Numbered from the stretch's first letter, positions 1 through 13,655 are shown. The stretch is 64,000 nucleotides of DNA from Octopus vulgaris (GCA_951406725.2 OX597820.1:20894001-20958000); one strand, 5' to 3'. Made by a program: numbers and translations. The notes: generated by a model from the sequence alone, not told the origin.

Positions 1-2195
1 TTTGCAAATATACAACGAAGTACCATCTAGTATTGTACAACAACCCTAAAAAAGACACTTGTAATTCAAGATTTAATGTCACCAAACTTCAGGATAACAT
101 CTCTACTAACTAAATTACAAGCATGTAATAACTTTTACAATAATAATAATAATAATAATAATAACAATGAATTCATGTAAAAAGTAATCTTTAGCAATGG
201 AATCTTTGTCATGACATTTGCTTTGCCCCTTGTGTCAACTTTATTAATGTTCATTCTCTTGATTAGATCCTGTTCCATTTATATATCCAGTACAAACATT
301 CCCTTACTTTCCGATCTATCTTCCTTCCTGGCCCACCTCTATTTCTCTCACCTTATGCCCCTCCATACTGGTATTTCCCATCAACCACACTTACACATTT
401 GTTCATCATCCACTACATTCATCCCTACCTTTATCTCTAACCATTCGCTACTCTCCTTCCACACACTTATGAAATTACCCACCCTCTATTTCCTACCCCC
501 AATCCAGTATCTACACCCCCTCTTTTACTCAAATTCTTATACCTAGACAGTTCTCTCAGAACCTCATCACCATCATCTTTATCTTGCTCCCAGCTATTCC
601 TGCCCATTTTTATATAATTGGGGGGGGGGGGGGCAGCCATGTATCTCCTCTACAACAAGATATCTGTGCTTGTCCTTTTATTATACTTTAGTCCATTGAT
701 CCTCGACATTTTTATCCTTGTATAACCCTTAAAATAAATTACATATCTCAGGGAAGCCCTGCACAAAAATCTCATTAAGATTTTGTTACATCTACAGCAG
801 CTTAATAATATCATCATCATCATCATCAACGTTTAACGTCTGTTTTCTATGCTGGCATGGGTTGGACAGTTTGACTGGGGACTAGCAAGCCAGGAGGCCG
901 CACCAGGCTCCAATCTTGATCTGGCAGAGTTTCAACAGCTGGATGCCCTTCCTAACGCCAACCACTCTGAGAGTGTAGTGGGTGCTTTTTACGTGCCACC
1001 GGCAAAGGAGCCAATCAGGCATCACTGGCATCGGCCACATTCGGACGGTGCTTTTTATGTGCCACCAGCATATGAGCTAGTCAGGAAAGGAGAAGGTGGC
1101 ATCAAACAGTAAATTGAATAAAACCAAATCCAAAACCCAGTATCATGTGTCATGTATGTTTCATCTTGATATTTATACTTATTTTCAACAATGTGAGATA
1201 TTTTATGAGTATCTGTGTGAATCCATGCAAACTTAGTTATGAGTGTACATATAAGTGAATGAATTTGATAGACATGAACTGTAAGAAACCCATCGTGTGT
1301 GTGTGTGTGCCTTTGGGTCTGTGTTGTTTCACACCAATGTTTGACAACCATTGTTAATTTGTTTACATCCTCATAACTTAGTAGTTCATCAAAAGAGACT
1401 GATAGAATAAGTACCAAGCTTAACAAAAACAGAAGTACTGGGGTCGATTCATTAGACTAAAGTCTCTTCAAAGCAGTGCCCCAGCATGGCCACAGCCTAA
1501 TGACTAAAACGATTAAAAGATAAAAGATAAGCCTGTATTAAAGGCCCACATCATAATATCCAAACAGTTTGATACACATGTCCTAATGTAGGATGAATGT
1601 TAAGAGTGACTTAACTTGTGCTTCAAGTGTATTAATGAAGTATTACAGGAGCTCAATAAAATGTTCTCCAATTTTGATATGACAGATATCTTTAATATTG
1701 TTACCACTCAGATAAATAGTCCTTTCTGCTACAGGCACAAGGCCTGAAGTTTTTTGGGGAGAGGCCTAATCAATTACATCAACCCCAGTGTTTCACTGGT
1801 ACTGAATTTATTGGCTTTAGGAAGTGATTTCTTTATATGAAATGAGGCAGTGAGATCACAAGCAAACCAACAGAAAGGAGTTTGTAGATAGAAGATGCAG
1901 AGCAAGAGTAGCAAGCAGAGAGATACTAGTGATATTTAGTCATTTAAATGACCAGAAAGATCCTGAGAAGTAGTTGACAGCTTCTATTACCTAAGTGACC
2001 CAATCCTCAATAGAAATGAATATTTTTGAAAGCCTTTAAGAACACAATAGCCTTCATTTACTGTTAAATTAAATTTTAATTATATATACAATTGTAGAAT
2101 TAAAGACACATGTTAAGCATTCAGAAACATACAAATTCCATTCACTTTACTTAAACATTTATTGTTTGTAATATGGTATTAAAACTGTTGTTATT

Positions 2196-2497
2196 GTTTG
2201 TTCCTTCGAGCCATGCCTGGCTCATAAGGGCCGGTTTCCTGGTTTCCTTGGCGTATAGGTTCCCCACCTGGATGGGACGCCGGTCCGTCGCAGGTGAGCT
2301 GCAAGATGCAGGAGGAAAGAGTGAGAGAAAGTTGTGGCGAAAGAGTCAGCAGAAGTTCGCCATTACTTTCTGCTGGAGCCGCATGGAGCTTAGGTTTTTC
2401 ACTCATAAACACACACATCGCCCGGTCTGAGATTCAAATCCTCAATCACTCGACCACGAGTCTGCTGCTCTATCCACTAGGCCATGTGCTTCCACGG
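2196..2497 (-). mobile_element. tRNA-derived SINE (family D)
   Basis: tRNA-like head ggcctagtggatagagc; same family as about 43485-43785. Related heads at 4620-4865(-), 17811-18198 and 57456-57620. Confidence 0.75.
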
Positions 2498-3052
2498 TGT
2501 TAAAACTGCAGCACAAGATTTGTCAGTGACCAGGTTGCAATTTTAAGTGACAAAAATTTTGACACCATATAACAGACAATAAATGTTTAAGTGAAGTTAA
2601 CAGTCTTTGTATGTTTCTGAAAGGCAAACATATATCTTCTACACTGCAATCACTTTAGTTTAAACACACACAATCCCAGAACAAAACACCTGCTGTGTAA
2701 GTACATCTCTATAATTTAATTATATAATTTTACAGAATATTTCTACAAGTGAAAATGTTTTCATATCTGAAAATTAAAAATGTATCTCTTAGACAAGTGA
2801 ATGCAAACACCTACATTTAAAGTCATATTACAATCTGCATTTATATACAACTATATTTAAATAAAAAAAAATAATGTATTCAGAAAAAAAAAGCAAAGCA
2901 TAAATACTGTATTTGATGGCATATAAAACGCTTTTTCCGAAAAAAAAATGTGTCCCCCCGCCCAACCAGGGCACCAATAAGCTTGTTATTTCTTGCTTTA
3001 TTTTCAGCTACGTTGCTGACTTGTTCTTTATATACAGTAATGTTTTCTGTTA

Positions 3053-3253
3053 TACTCTTTACTTGTTTCAGTCATTTGACTGTGGCCATGCTGGAGCACC
3101 ACCTTTAGTCAAGCAAACTGACCCCAGGACTTATTCTTTGTAAGCCTAGTACTTATTCTATCGGTCTCTTTCGCCGAACCACTAAGTAATGGGGACGTAA
3201 ACACACCAGCATCGGAAAAACAGCGATGTTGGGGGACAAACACAGACACACAA

Positions 3254-3288
<35 letters not shown>

Positions 3289-3457
3289 CGGTGGACCTTC
3301 TTTTTTCAGTTTCTGTCTACCAAATCTACTTACAAGGCTTTGGTTGGCCCGAGGCTATAGTAGACGACACTTGCCCAAGGTGCCATGCAGTGGGACTGAA
3401 CCCGGAACCATGTGGTTGGTAAGCAAGCTACTTACCACACAGTCACTCCTGTGCCTA
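3053..3457 (-). mobile_element. SINE family A copy
   Basis: Full-length reverse-complement match to 57694-58102. Confidence 0.85.
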
Positions 3458-4184
3458 TTTAAGGTATTTTTGTAATGGTTTGTAATGCACTGCTAAATTG
3501 CTTTCAGGTTTTGTTCAAGATTTAGATTACTCTATCAAATGAAATGTATACTTATTCACATTGTTTTGAATTAATCATGCCTTATCTTGTAGCTTTGAGA
3601 TTTCGATCATGTGATTGTTCATTTTTAGAACGACATTGTAGGATAGGTGTGAGAGGCTGGATCAGGAAAGTCTGAATGCAAAACAGAATATTTGAGCTGG
3701 ATGTGGCTGGTTTGAATTAGATATTATATGCTTTAATACCTTAAAAACTTTCTTTTCTGAATATGTGCTGCTGAAAGTGTGGTGCATCTAAAATGCTTGT
3801 GAATCTGTTGTGCCATCAAATACAGTACTAACAACTGAAGTAAACAAATATTTCAAAAACTATCATAAAATAAAACAAATTGATTGATTTCTTTTATTAA
3901 GAAAATTAAAAAAAAAAACAAAAAAAAACAAAATAAAAAGAAAAAGAAAAAAAAATAATCGTTTTAAAATCTAGAAGCAGAACAGATTTATATTCAGGAA
4001 TGTTAATACAAGATGACAAAGAAAAACCTGAGGTAGGTAGTGTAATTTAGCAACAAATAACTGCTAGATACTTATTTTGCAAACCCAATTTTCAGTAACA
4101 ATAATTGGGCAATGCAGTTTAAGAAGCAGTATAAATAGAAAAAACAGCTCGGTTTAGTGAACAGAAGTTACAAAGTAACAGCAC

Positions 4185-4285
4185 CTTCTTGCATTGGGGT
4201 TGAAGTAGTCTGCTAAGATTGAGCCTCTCTTCTTGAGTTTTGGACGAGCTAATGCTGAATTCGAACTGCACTCCTTGGATGATGC
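4185..4285 (-). CDS. CRACR2A: CRACR2A-like exon I: ASSKECSSNSALARPKLKKRGSILADYFNPNAR(R); donor uncertain (read-through stops at TAA 4154-4156)
   Basis: Acceptor ttttgttttcaacag. KKRGSILADY resembles the recalled human 'KKRSGSVIGKY'. The donor AG|GTGCTG is weak. Confidence 0.72.
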
Positions 4286-5229
4286 CTGTTGAAAACAAAA
4301 TAATTCCTATGTCAGAAATTTTAATCACAAATACAGAATTAAATTGTAATATGTTTAAGGCATATTAATATTTAAGGTAAATTAATATTGTTATACAAGT
4401 CTGCCAACCAAAAGTTGAAAATGAAAATTTTAATTTTCTTTATGAGTATATAATCCCTTTTCAATGATTTTAAAATATAGAACATTTTATTTGATTATTA
4501 TGAAAAATTTTTGAAGAATTTGGAAAATTCATGCCTATGAATTTTAAATATAATCACGCTCATATGTACAGACTGTAATTTAAAACTTAGTGACTCTGTA
4601 ATAAAAATAATAAATGTGCCCCTTTTAAAGCCTAGCCAGGCTCATGGGCCCGGTTTCCTGGTTTCTATGGCGTATGTGTTCCCCAACTGGATGGGATGCC
4701 AGTCCATTGCAGCGTTACTCATTTTTGCCAGCTGAGTGGACTGGAGCAATGTGAAATGAAGTGTTTTGCTCAAGAACACAACGCATCGCTCGGTCCAGGA
4801 ATCGAAACCACAATCTTACGATCATGATGCTGACGCCCTAACCACTAAGCCTCGCGCCTTCACAGTGACTCTGTATGAAACAGATAAACAAATCAGAAAA
4901 AAAAAAATCTCCAAAATTGTTTTGCTATTTTATTCAGTTAAGGTTAGACAAACAGCATACAAATGATTTGTGGTAGAAATTTAACCCATAATAAATTGAT
5001 ATATTTTGACTATCAATGACAAAACACACAAACTTAAAAGATTTGAAGAATATAAAGAGAAATAATAAAGGATAGATCTTTAGAAAAATTTCACCAAAAT
5101 GCCAAATAAAATTATAAAAATATTGAGACACTAAAAAAGAAGAGATAAATGTATAAATAAAAAAATAGTATCATTTAATCGTCTATTCAAGTAAAAAGTT
5201 GAAATAGTAATGCATATATATATAGAGAG

Positions 5230-5260
<31 letters not shown>

Positions 5261-5688
5261 GATAGATAGACAGACAGACAGATGGATAGATATATATAGC
5301 TAGCTAGCTAGATAAATAGATATATGTATATTATATAAGTGTGTATGTATGTATGCATATGGTGGTCATTTTGTCATAATTTTGCTAAATTTACTCAAAT
5401 TAGCTTTCATTTGCTCTTCTTTTGATAATGTTATAATAACTTGTGTAAAATATTATGAGTGACAATAAACCCACTTTATACTTGATCAAATTACATGTCA
5501 CAAGAATTCTACATGTTTCAGATAAACTTAAAAACAGATTGATTCGAGAAGTTTTTTGGTGTAGAAATTTTTTCATAAATTGTTCTGCTTATGATTGAAA
5601 TAAAATTTTAATACAATTAAAAAAATAAAAATTAAAAAGTTTAAAATAAATTTAAATCTAAATAATCATAATGGTTTTTGCCTTATTG

Positions 5689-5924
5689 CAGTGGTTCCCA
5701 ACCATTTTTTGCCTATGGAATGCTTTAATTCCTATTTCACTTGTATGGATCCTCATAACCATTCAACGTATAAAAGATCCTATTTTATTTTTATACTTAG
5801 ACATTATAAGGAATCGTATAAAACACATTATGAAAATATTTTGTGCATTGCAGAGGCATAACCAATTTATTGCACATAGATTTAAACCACTAAATCTTTT
5901 ATAGGCCCCAGGTGAGAACCACTG
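5689..5924. mobile_element. hAT-like MITE
   Basis: TIR cagtggttcccaacc / ggtgagaaccactg with a degenerate 8-bp TSD (ccttattg / cctcaatg). Confidence 0.6.
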
Positions 5925-6402
5925 CCTCAATGAATAATGATGACTAAAGCTAAAATTAATATCCTATATATGCATATACAATAACATTTAACATGTTCAT
6001 GTACACTTGAACATGGGAATACCTTTCACTGCGGAAACAGTTTTGGGAGAAGTTTCTCCTCACTCATAATGCAATATCTTTTTTTACACATATTTTGTCT
6101 ACAAGGAGAAATTTTTCCAGAGATTATTTCCACAGTGAAAGGCTTTCTACGTCTGAGTGTACACGATGTCTTAAATATAATTATATATACATATATTTTA
6201 TCCACAGCTTCATGTGACTCTATTCAATTAAAATCTGATATTTTGAGAGGAAGTGATCTTAAAATATAGCAATAAGAAGAAAATTCCCATTTAGTTATTC
6301 TGGATAAAATGATGAAAAGAGAATAGAAGATAATTTCCAAATGAAAGAGTGAAAGAAAAAGTAAACCCATGCATCGCCAAGAACATTACAATTACAAAAT
6401 AC

Positions 6403-6438
6403 CTCAGACAATTCATCCTGAAGGTTCAACAATTGGTC
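6403..6438 (-). CDS. CRACR2A: CRACR2A-like exon H (36 nt, phase 0/0): DQLLNLQDELSE
   Basis: Acceptor catcaatattgccag and donor GAG|GTATTT; in frame with exons G and I. Confidence 0.7.
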
Positions 6439-6855
6439 CTGGCAATATTGATGAACAAAATGTTAAATTGCCAATTTTTACAATAACTTAACAACACAAG
6501 AAATTAAACATTGATTATAGATATATACCCAGCATTAGAATACAACACATTAAGAAAAACGAGGTTTATTAAGTTTTGTTAATGGATAAGAATTTGGATA
6601 TGTTTAGGATAATGCAAGTCCCCCAAAAATTATTTAGTAATAATTCAAGTAATAATTTAAGATCATCAAAAATGTATAACTGAAGTATATCAAAGTGAAA
6701 TTTAATTTTTATTGTAATCAACCTGTTTATAATAAATACACAACAATTTAAATCTTTCCTAAAAAAATATAAAAAAACGATTCAAAGCACAAGTATTCAA
6801 ATAAAAGAAGACCATGCATTTATCATTCCTGTTCTTTATATATATATATATATGT

Positions 6856-6899
<44 letters not shown>

Positions 6900-6901
<2 letters not shown>

Positions 6902-7205
6902 CAATTGCAGCGTGGAAGGTGTTTATAAGCCATTTAAGAAACACACAAAAACCGTTAGATTCACTTCAACATATAAATTTTATTCGTCAAAATCTCAGAG
7001 ATGCAGCACGGAGTTTTGTCAGTGAACAGGTCGTGGTCTCAAAGCAATGAAAATATTTTGACAAATTAAATTTGAATATTGAAGTGAATCTAACAGGTTT
7101 TGGTGTGTTTCTTAAATGGCTTATAAACACCTTCCACACTGCAATTGTTTTCGTTCCAGCACACGATCTCAGATCAGGTCACTTGCTATGCAAGTGCATC
7201 TCCAT
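6900..7205. mobile_element. Penelope-like non-autonomous inverted-repeat element (G3:C8 hammerhead family)
   Basis: Arms at about 6900-6990 and 7055-7148 are reverse complements; the element sits between (TA)n/(CA)n tracts. Same family as 38857-39175. Confidence 0.7.
7015..7065 (+). ncRNA. Second copy of the G3:C8 minimal hammerhead (stem II partly decayed)
   Basis: tttgtca GTGAACA g gtcgt-ggtctcaaa-gcaat GAAA atat TT tgacaaa. Confidence 0.6.
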
Positions 7206-7206
7206 A

Positions 7207-7240
<34 letters not shown>

Positions 7241-7427
7241 GTCATGCAGAGTGATAAAATTCATAAAATCAATAAATCATCATGCTTTTATTATGAATCT
7301 GTATATTTCAGGTTTAACCATTTTGATATCAGCCTGTCTAGGACCACCTTTACTCCTATCACATTGGCTCCCTGTTTTGAAGTGTTCTAAATTAAAAGCA
7401 CCCATGAAAATTTCATGTTAATTTGTT

Positions 7428-7656
7428 TTAACCCTTTGGTGTTTAAGTCGGCCATATCCGGCCCAAATATCCTACATGTTTTTACATTCAAACTGGCCAT
7501 ATTTAGCCTCTCACACCTAACCTACATTGACGTTCTAAGAATAAACTATCATACCATTGAAACTTCAAAGCTATAAGATAACGTATGATTAATTCAAAAC
7601 AATTTGAGTGAAAAAGTATTACATTTAACAGAGTAATCTGAACACTAAAGGGTTAA
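7428..7656 (+). mobile_element. piggyBac-type MITE, second family
   Basis: TTAAccctttggtg...cactaaagggTTAA. Related to 63742-63971 and to a fragment at about 3510-3715 (-). Confidence 0.72.
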
Positions 7657-7735
7657 ATGTCAGCTGAATAAGGACAAATTATTCTACTCAATTTTTCATT
7701 ATTTTAAAAATTCATCAAAACAAAGGCAGTGTATT

Positions 7736-7949
7736 CTTTTCTACTCTAGGCACAAGGCCTGAAATTATGGGGGAGGGGGGGCAGTCGATTAGATCGATCC
7801 CAGTATGCAACTGGTACTTATTCATCAACCTCGAAAGGATGAAAGGCAAAGTCGACCTCAGTGGAATTTGAACTCAGAACATAACAGTAGACGAAATACC
7901 GCTAAGCATTTTGCCTGGTGTGCTAATGTTTCTGCCATCTTGCTGCCTT
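7736..7949 (-). mobile_element. SINE family C (Meta-domain-like core) with a 12-bp TSD
   Basis: Core gtcgactttgcctttcatcctttcg.ggt; TSD aggcagtgtatt on both sides. Other copies at about 8110-8305, 16250-16478, 43400-44390, 45200-45705, 49495-50850 and 54840-55910. Confidence 0.8.
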
Positions 7950-8831
7950 AGGCAGTGTATTTCAACAGAAACACGTAACAGAAGGCTTAATCTTTCCATC
8001 TCTAAGATTATCTATGCAGAGGATAACACTAATATGCTAAATGGTGCTTCCAATCTTTTAAGCCTTTATTTTGGCGGGAAAATAATTTTTCCAACTTTTA
8101 TCTTAAATAATTGCTCCAAATTTTGGCACAAGGCCAGCAAGTTCAGGAGAGAGGTTGACTCCAGTGCTCAACTGGTACTTATTTTATCGATCCTGAAAGG
8201 ATGAAATGCAAAGTCAACCTTGGTGGAATTTGAACTCAGAGCATAAAAATGGATGAAATGCCACTAAGCATTTTGTGGCAAAGATTCTGCCAGCTCACCA
8301 CCCTTCTTATCTTAAATAATAATAAAAAGAAACTTGCGGTTTTTTTTTGTTCTTTTACTTGTTTAAATCATTGAACTGTGGCTATCTTGAAGAACTGCCT
8401 TGAAGGGTTTGATGAAACATATTAATCCTAGTTTTTATTTTAAATCTGGAACTTATTACATCAATCTCTTTTTGCAAACTACTATATTATGGGAACATAA
8501 GACAAACACTAAGAAATACACACACACACATTGGTGGGCTTCCACACAATTTCCATAAACCAAATTCATTCACAAGGCATTAAAAGACACTTGCCCACGG
8601 TGCCACACAGTGAGACTGAACCTAAAATCACCAACTTCTTAACCATACAGCTACACCAGTTTATATAAACTTCCTCTATATTTGAGAATTTTATAAATAT
8701 TACTCTATGTAAACCATTATCAAGTTTTAGCCTTTATGTGAAGTAAGAATAAAGAGGTAAGTGTTTGGTAAACTACAGGTATTGAAGAATATGACATTAA
8801 ATTGAGCAGAATAAACAGATTAGTTCACAAA

Positions 8832-9234
8832 TCTCTCTATATATAAAGCTGAAGTTGTCTGTGTGTGGCAGGTTTGGTAGCCTTCAACTAACACTATCTC
8901 CTCCAAGACCCTGCAGTGCAAGTTGACCAAAATTGAGAGTATGATAGAAGAAGGCTTGCTCTTCCTTCCGTAAAAGAAAAAATTCAAATCAGACCATGTT
9001 AACACCAAAAATTATTTACATCAAAAAGGTGCTTTTTTTCTATGAAAATCCCTATTTTTTACGATTTTTTTTACTGCTGTGTCAGCAATTTTTGGTGTAT
9101 TTCAACCAGAAGAATGTTCACTTAAAGAGAATAACAAGCTACATAATGTAAAATTTTTATTTTCAAAAATTCCAATTCTATAGGGTTGAAAAGAAAACAA
9201 GCAAAGCATGAGCAATGCTGGGCTATAGTGCTTG
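8832..9234 (+). mobile_element. Non-autonomous Helitron (decayed 3' end)
   Basis: Starts A|TCTCTCTATATATAAAG; ends gagcaatgctggg...CTTG|T. Confidence 0.62.
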
Positions 9235-9665
9235 TATATTTATACAAAGAAAAGCTGAAAGAATTAGTGTTAGGTTTAATAATACAATTAACAAAGAATT
9301 TTAATAATTCTATTGTGAATCAATACATAACAGCTTTATAAATAATCTCCAAATCTTTACTTGGGTTCAATTAATTAACCATAGTATGAATAATCTCCAA
9401 GAAGGATAATCCCTCTAAATTTGAAAAACACTACCCTATGTTTCTCTGTTATTATTACATCTAATATGGTTGTAGAAATAATTATGGTTCAATGTCCACT
9501 ACAATACTTTGAACATTTTCATTTTTTGAACTCATAAACCACTAGGAAAGGCCCTGGACAACAAAATCCACAGAAGTTTTTTTTTTTATATTTCTCACAT
9601 GCAAAACATAATGTTGACCATTTACTAGAGGTGAACACTCTGGAGGAAAATATATTATTACTCAC

Positions 9666-9680
9666 AAAAACCAGATCATT
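9666..9680 (-). CDS. Candidate 15-nt microexon (NDLVF), phase 0/0
   Basis: gtgatgcatttttggccatgttttAG|AATGATCTGGTTTTT|GTGAGT. Frame-preserving between exons G and H. Confidence 0.5.
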
Positions 9681-9830
9681 CTAAAACATGGCCAAAAATG
9701 CATCACAAAGGCCAGCTACGTTTTCTTCTATAGAGCTAACAGAATCTTTAAAACTCTAACTTGTACAATGCTTTACAAAATCTACAACAAAACTTTGGAA
9801 AAATTATACATATGTATGTATACATATATA

Positions 9831-9895
<65 letters not shown>

Positions 9896-11257
9896 ATGCA
9901 CATATATATAATGCATCATGACACTGACCAGATTATAGGATGTAGTTATATATCACTGGTCACAATGCGCTTCACATTGTTTTAGTCTTTGAATGATGCC
10001 ATCCAACTGGTTAGGTGAGCAGACCAACATCTCTCCTGATTGGAATTGGAAGACTATTCCATCACAGAGTTACCTATTTACAGTGGACTGAAGCAACGTA
10101 AAATGCACAAGATGGTACCTAGCCCAGGAATTGAACCCACAACCTAACAATCATGTGTGCAACACTCTAACCTCTAGGACATATGCCTTTATATACATAC
10201 ATATACATATATATATATATATATATATGAGAAAAATAATTGCCTGTATCAGTTTGATCAAAGGAAATAACTGTGTAACAATGCAATGACAACTAAAAGA
10301 ACTGATGTATAAGGGAAGCTAGATATAAAGTAAGGAATAAAGCCAGATTTGAAATGTTGTTGCTAACATGCTGAAGAGCTCAGATATTAACGTTTAATCA
10401 TAAACATGAAGCATAAACAGAAAGGATGGAAAGGTTTATGACTGTCCATAACATTTAAAATGAAATCATGCTTGGTTTTAAGTAATTTTAAAACCCTTAT
10501 TAAGTTGCAATTAATGGCATTTGCACATACATTAAATCACAGGATCTTGGATGCTGGTGAAAATACATAGTGTTTTGATAGTAGTGAACAAGTGTGTGTG
10601 TGTGTGTGTTTCCTGATGTTAACAAATATGAACTACAAATGCTTGCTTTCATTAATAGTAACAACATTAGAGTTTCTCGAGTCAGTGAGGGGGTCTCTAC
10701 ATAGTCACTCAGCTTGTTAGAAATAACAGCCAAATATCCCTCAGATCAGACCTTTTCATCTTCAGTTTTAGATAATGTTAAAAGATTGAATGTATGTATG
10801 TATGCAGCCCTAAACAAAGGGAACTGAAGAGTCTTGGCACCCGGACTCCCATGACAGGAAGGGTCCTGGCTTGATGATGAATGTTAAAAATATGGATGAT
10901 CATAGCTGAAATGATCAAAAGTTCATTTAATAAGGATTCACCTTGAACTAAGCAATAACAACAACAGTGATATAATACAGTGTATTTTTGACTGAATTTT
11001 CTCTAAAGTAAGAGTAATGTACGTTTGAAATATACAAAAGCTTTTATATCCTGAATATAATATATATATATATATATACACATATACATATATATGTGTG
11101 TATGTGTGGTAAGTAGCTTGCTTACCAACCACATGGTCCCGGGTTCAGTCCCACTGCATGGCACCTTGGGCAAGTGTCTTCTACTATAGTCTCGGGCTGA
11201 CCAAAGCCTTGTGAGTGGATTTGGTAGACAGACAGAAACCAGAAGAAGCCCGTCGTA

Positions 11258-11305
<48 letters not shown>

Positions 11306-11315
11306 TATATGTATG

Positions 11316-11351
<36 letters not shown>

Positions 11352-12348
11352 CATATATATATTAAAAAATTAAAGATACTAATTCTGACTTTTTGAAACA
11401 TTGAAAACCACTATCAATGTTTGAAAATGAAATATTAGTAACATCTAGTAATATTTTAACAACTAGTAACATTTTAAACACTGTAATATATGTATCTGTA
11501 TTATGAACATTGAAGTGAATTCATTTCATTAGAATTAAGGAAAACTGTTATTGTTAAAGTTTACATGCTTTAGTTTTCAGGTCAAGATCCATATAACAAG
11601 CAACAAATAGCTAGTTAATTATGTTATTTCATCTATCATTCCAAACACGATGTATCTTTTATAACTTTGGGTCAATAAATGCAGGGTTCAATCCAGAACG
11701 GTTATACTTCTTGCCACTCTTTCAAATTAATTACTTTCTTTCTAATTAATGCAGAAAACAGAAACATGCACACATTCATAATAGTGAATGTGTTAAGGAG
11801 ATTATTATTATTATTTTTTTTTTTTTTTTGGAGCTCACCTAATTTAATCTGTTTATGACTTCAAACACTGAAAGAAAAGAGTAATCCCTTAACAATATAC
11901 AATTGTAGAGATTTGGGGGCAAAAATATAGGCCTACAAGGGATAGATCCTTCTCTGAGCTTTAGTGAATACTAAGAATGCATCAACTCAAAAGTTGACAG
12001 CACCCAAAAATAAATTCTCTAGATCATGATGAGATAAATGATTCTAATATAACAAAACAAGAGAACATTTTTTTATATACAAAATAAAATTGAATTTTCT
12101 TAGAACTATTAAAATAAAAACCTTTATATATGATACAAAAAACAGAAATATTGAAAAAATATATTTAAAATGCAGAAGCAAAGCCTAAAATTATTATATA
12201 AAGAATTCCTGTATTAAAAGTATTAGAAAAGTATTTCATTAAATATATAAGTTGTTAAGTGCAAAAAATTTTCAAAAAGCCATAATTTTCTAAAAAAAAA
12301 AAATTCACTCCTGATGAGTGTTTATTTGTATCATAAATGTATATATAC

Positions 12349-12400
12349 CCGCCTTGCTTCAGCTTCATCTTTATCATCTTGTAGTTTACGATTAATGTTT
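12349..12400 (-). CDS. CRACR2A: CRACR2A-like exon G (52 nt, phase 2/0): NINRKLQDDKDEAEARR
   Basis: Acceptor ttttttatttacag and donor GTATAT. Matches the recalled 'RNKHLRDERD'. Confidence 0.85.
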
Positions 12401-13089
12401 CTGTAAATAAAAAAAAAGGAAAATTGGCTTTTAGATCATTTCTTGTAAAAATATCAATATTACATTTAATAATTTAATCTATCAGCTCCATTAGTGTTAC
12501 TTTATTTTTAATGCTAAATTAAGATTAATTTGTAGTGTTTATTGAATTGTATCGAAGTCCTAGCGTTAAAATATTAATAACAAAAAAAGAGTATTTTGTG
12601 TGACACATGTTGACGAGTGTCCTTTGCTATCACCTGGAGTCAACCAAATCCTAGCAAATGAATTTGGTAGTTGAAAATTGAATGAAGCCTGTTGCATGTA
12701 TATGTATGTATATATACACATACATGTATGTGTGTGAGTGTATATATATATCATCATCATCGTTTAACATCCGCTTTCCATGTTGGCATGGGTTGGACGA
12801 TTTGACTGAGGACTGGTGAACCAGATGGCTGCACCAGGCTCCAATCTTGATCTGGCAGAGTTTCTACAGCTGGATGCCCTTTCTAACGCCAACCACTCCA
12901 AGAATGTAGTGGGTGCTTTTATGTGCCACCAGTACGAGGGCCAGTCAGGTGGTACAGGCAACGGCCATGAAAAAATCGTGATTTATTACGTGTCACCTGC
13001 ACGCCGGCACAAGTGCCAGTAAGGCGATGTTGGTAACATTTACGCTCGAATGGTGCTTTTTATGTGCCACCGGCACGAACGCCAGGTAG

Positions 13090-13129
<40 letters not shown>

Positions 13130-13271
13130 TGTGCGTGTATATATATATATATATACTAGAGTAAGCACATTAACGTGAAAGAAGGTGGGAAAAAATAGTA
13201 CTCAAATATCGTAGGTAGAGTAATATGCTTTATTATTAAAGCTGCAAAAACATGACAAAAATATCACAAAA

Positions 13272-13313
13272 AACTGCTACTCAGAGTTTTATGTTCCCGT
13301 TCATCAGGAAGTT
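13272..13313 (-). ncRNA. Decayed hammerhead in a Penelope-like inverted element (about 13155-13350)
   Basis: aacttc CUGAUGA acg-ggaa-cat AAAA ctc-t-gag UA gcagtt. An inverted remnant ccgatga..gaaactct lies at about 13325-13350. Confidence 0.45.
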
Positions 13314-13394
13314 GTGATAGCTCACAACTGACCGATGAATGTGAAACTCTATAAATGAACTTTGGAAGTGCTGAAAGTGTTAGTATTTCACAGA

Positions 13395-13655
13395 CAAGAA
13401 AGTAAATTTTGAATACAGTATAAGTGTGAAAATAGCAGAGAAAGATTGGGTATTTACCCTTAGAAGATGGAAAAAAGTTGCCAGCAGGCAGCTACAGGAA
13501 TCGAACCCTGCAACCGACAGATATAGGCTGAGTGTTGTAACCATTAACTCCCTGTAGCCACCTACTGGCAACTTTTTTTTCCATCTTCTAAGGGTAAATA
13601 CTTGATCTTTCTCTGCTGTTTTCACAGCCATATTGTGTTCAAAATCTACTATCTT
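13395..13655. mobile_element. Palindromic element with a tRNA-like sequence at its centre
   Basis: About 100-bp inverted arms around a minus-strand tRNA-like stretch (tggttacaacactcagcc...gggttcgattcc). Confidence 0.55.

Noticed and set aside
211-546. 111-aa plus-strand ORF
   Set aside because: Low-complexity pyrimidine-rich sequence, antisense to the host gene, with no recognisable domain.
849-1112. Recurrent ORFs 'LAWVG...LDALPNANHS...' and '[12 protein letters not shown]...' throughout the window
   Set aside because: They are SINE sequences read as protein; frames and stops differ between copies.
10941-11001. AG...GT-bounded 61-nt segment on the minus strand
   Set aside because: It would frameshift between two phase-0 exons and the peptide is implausible.
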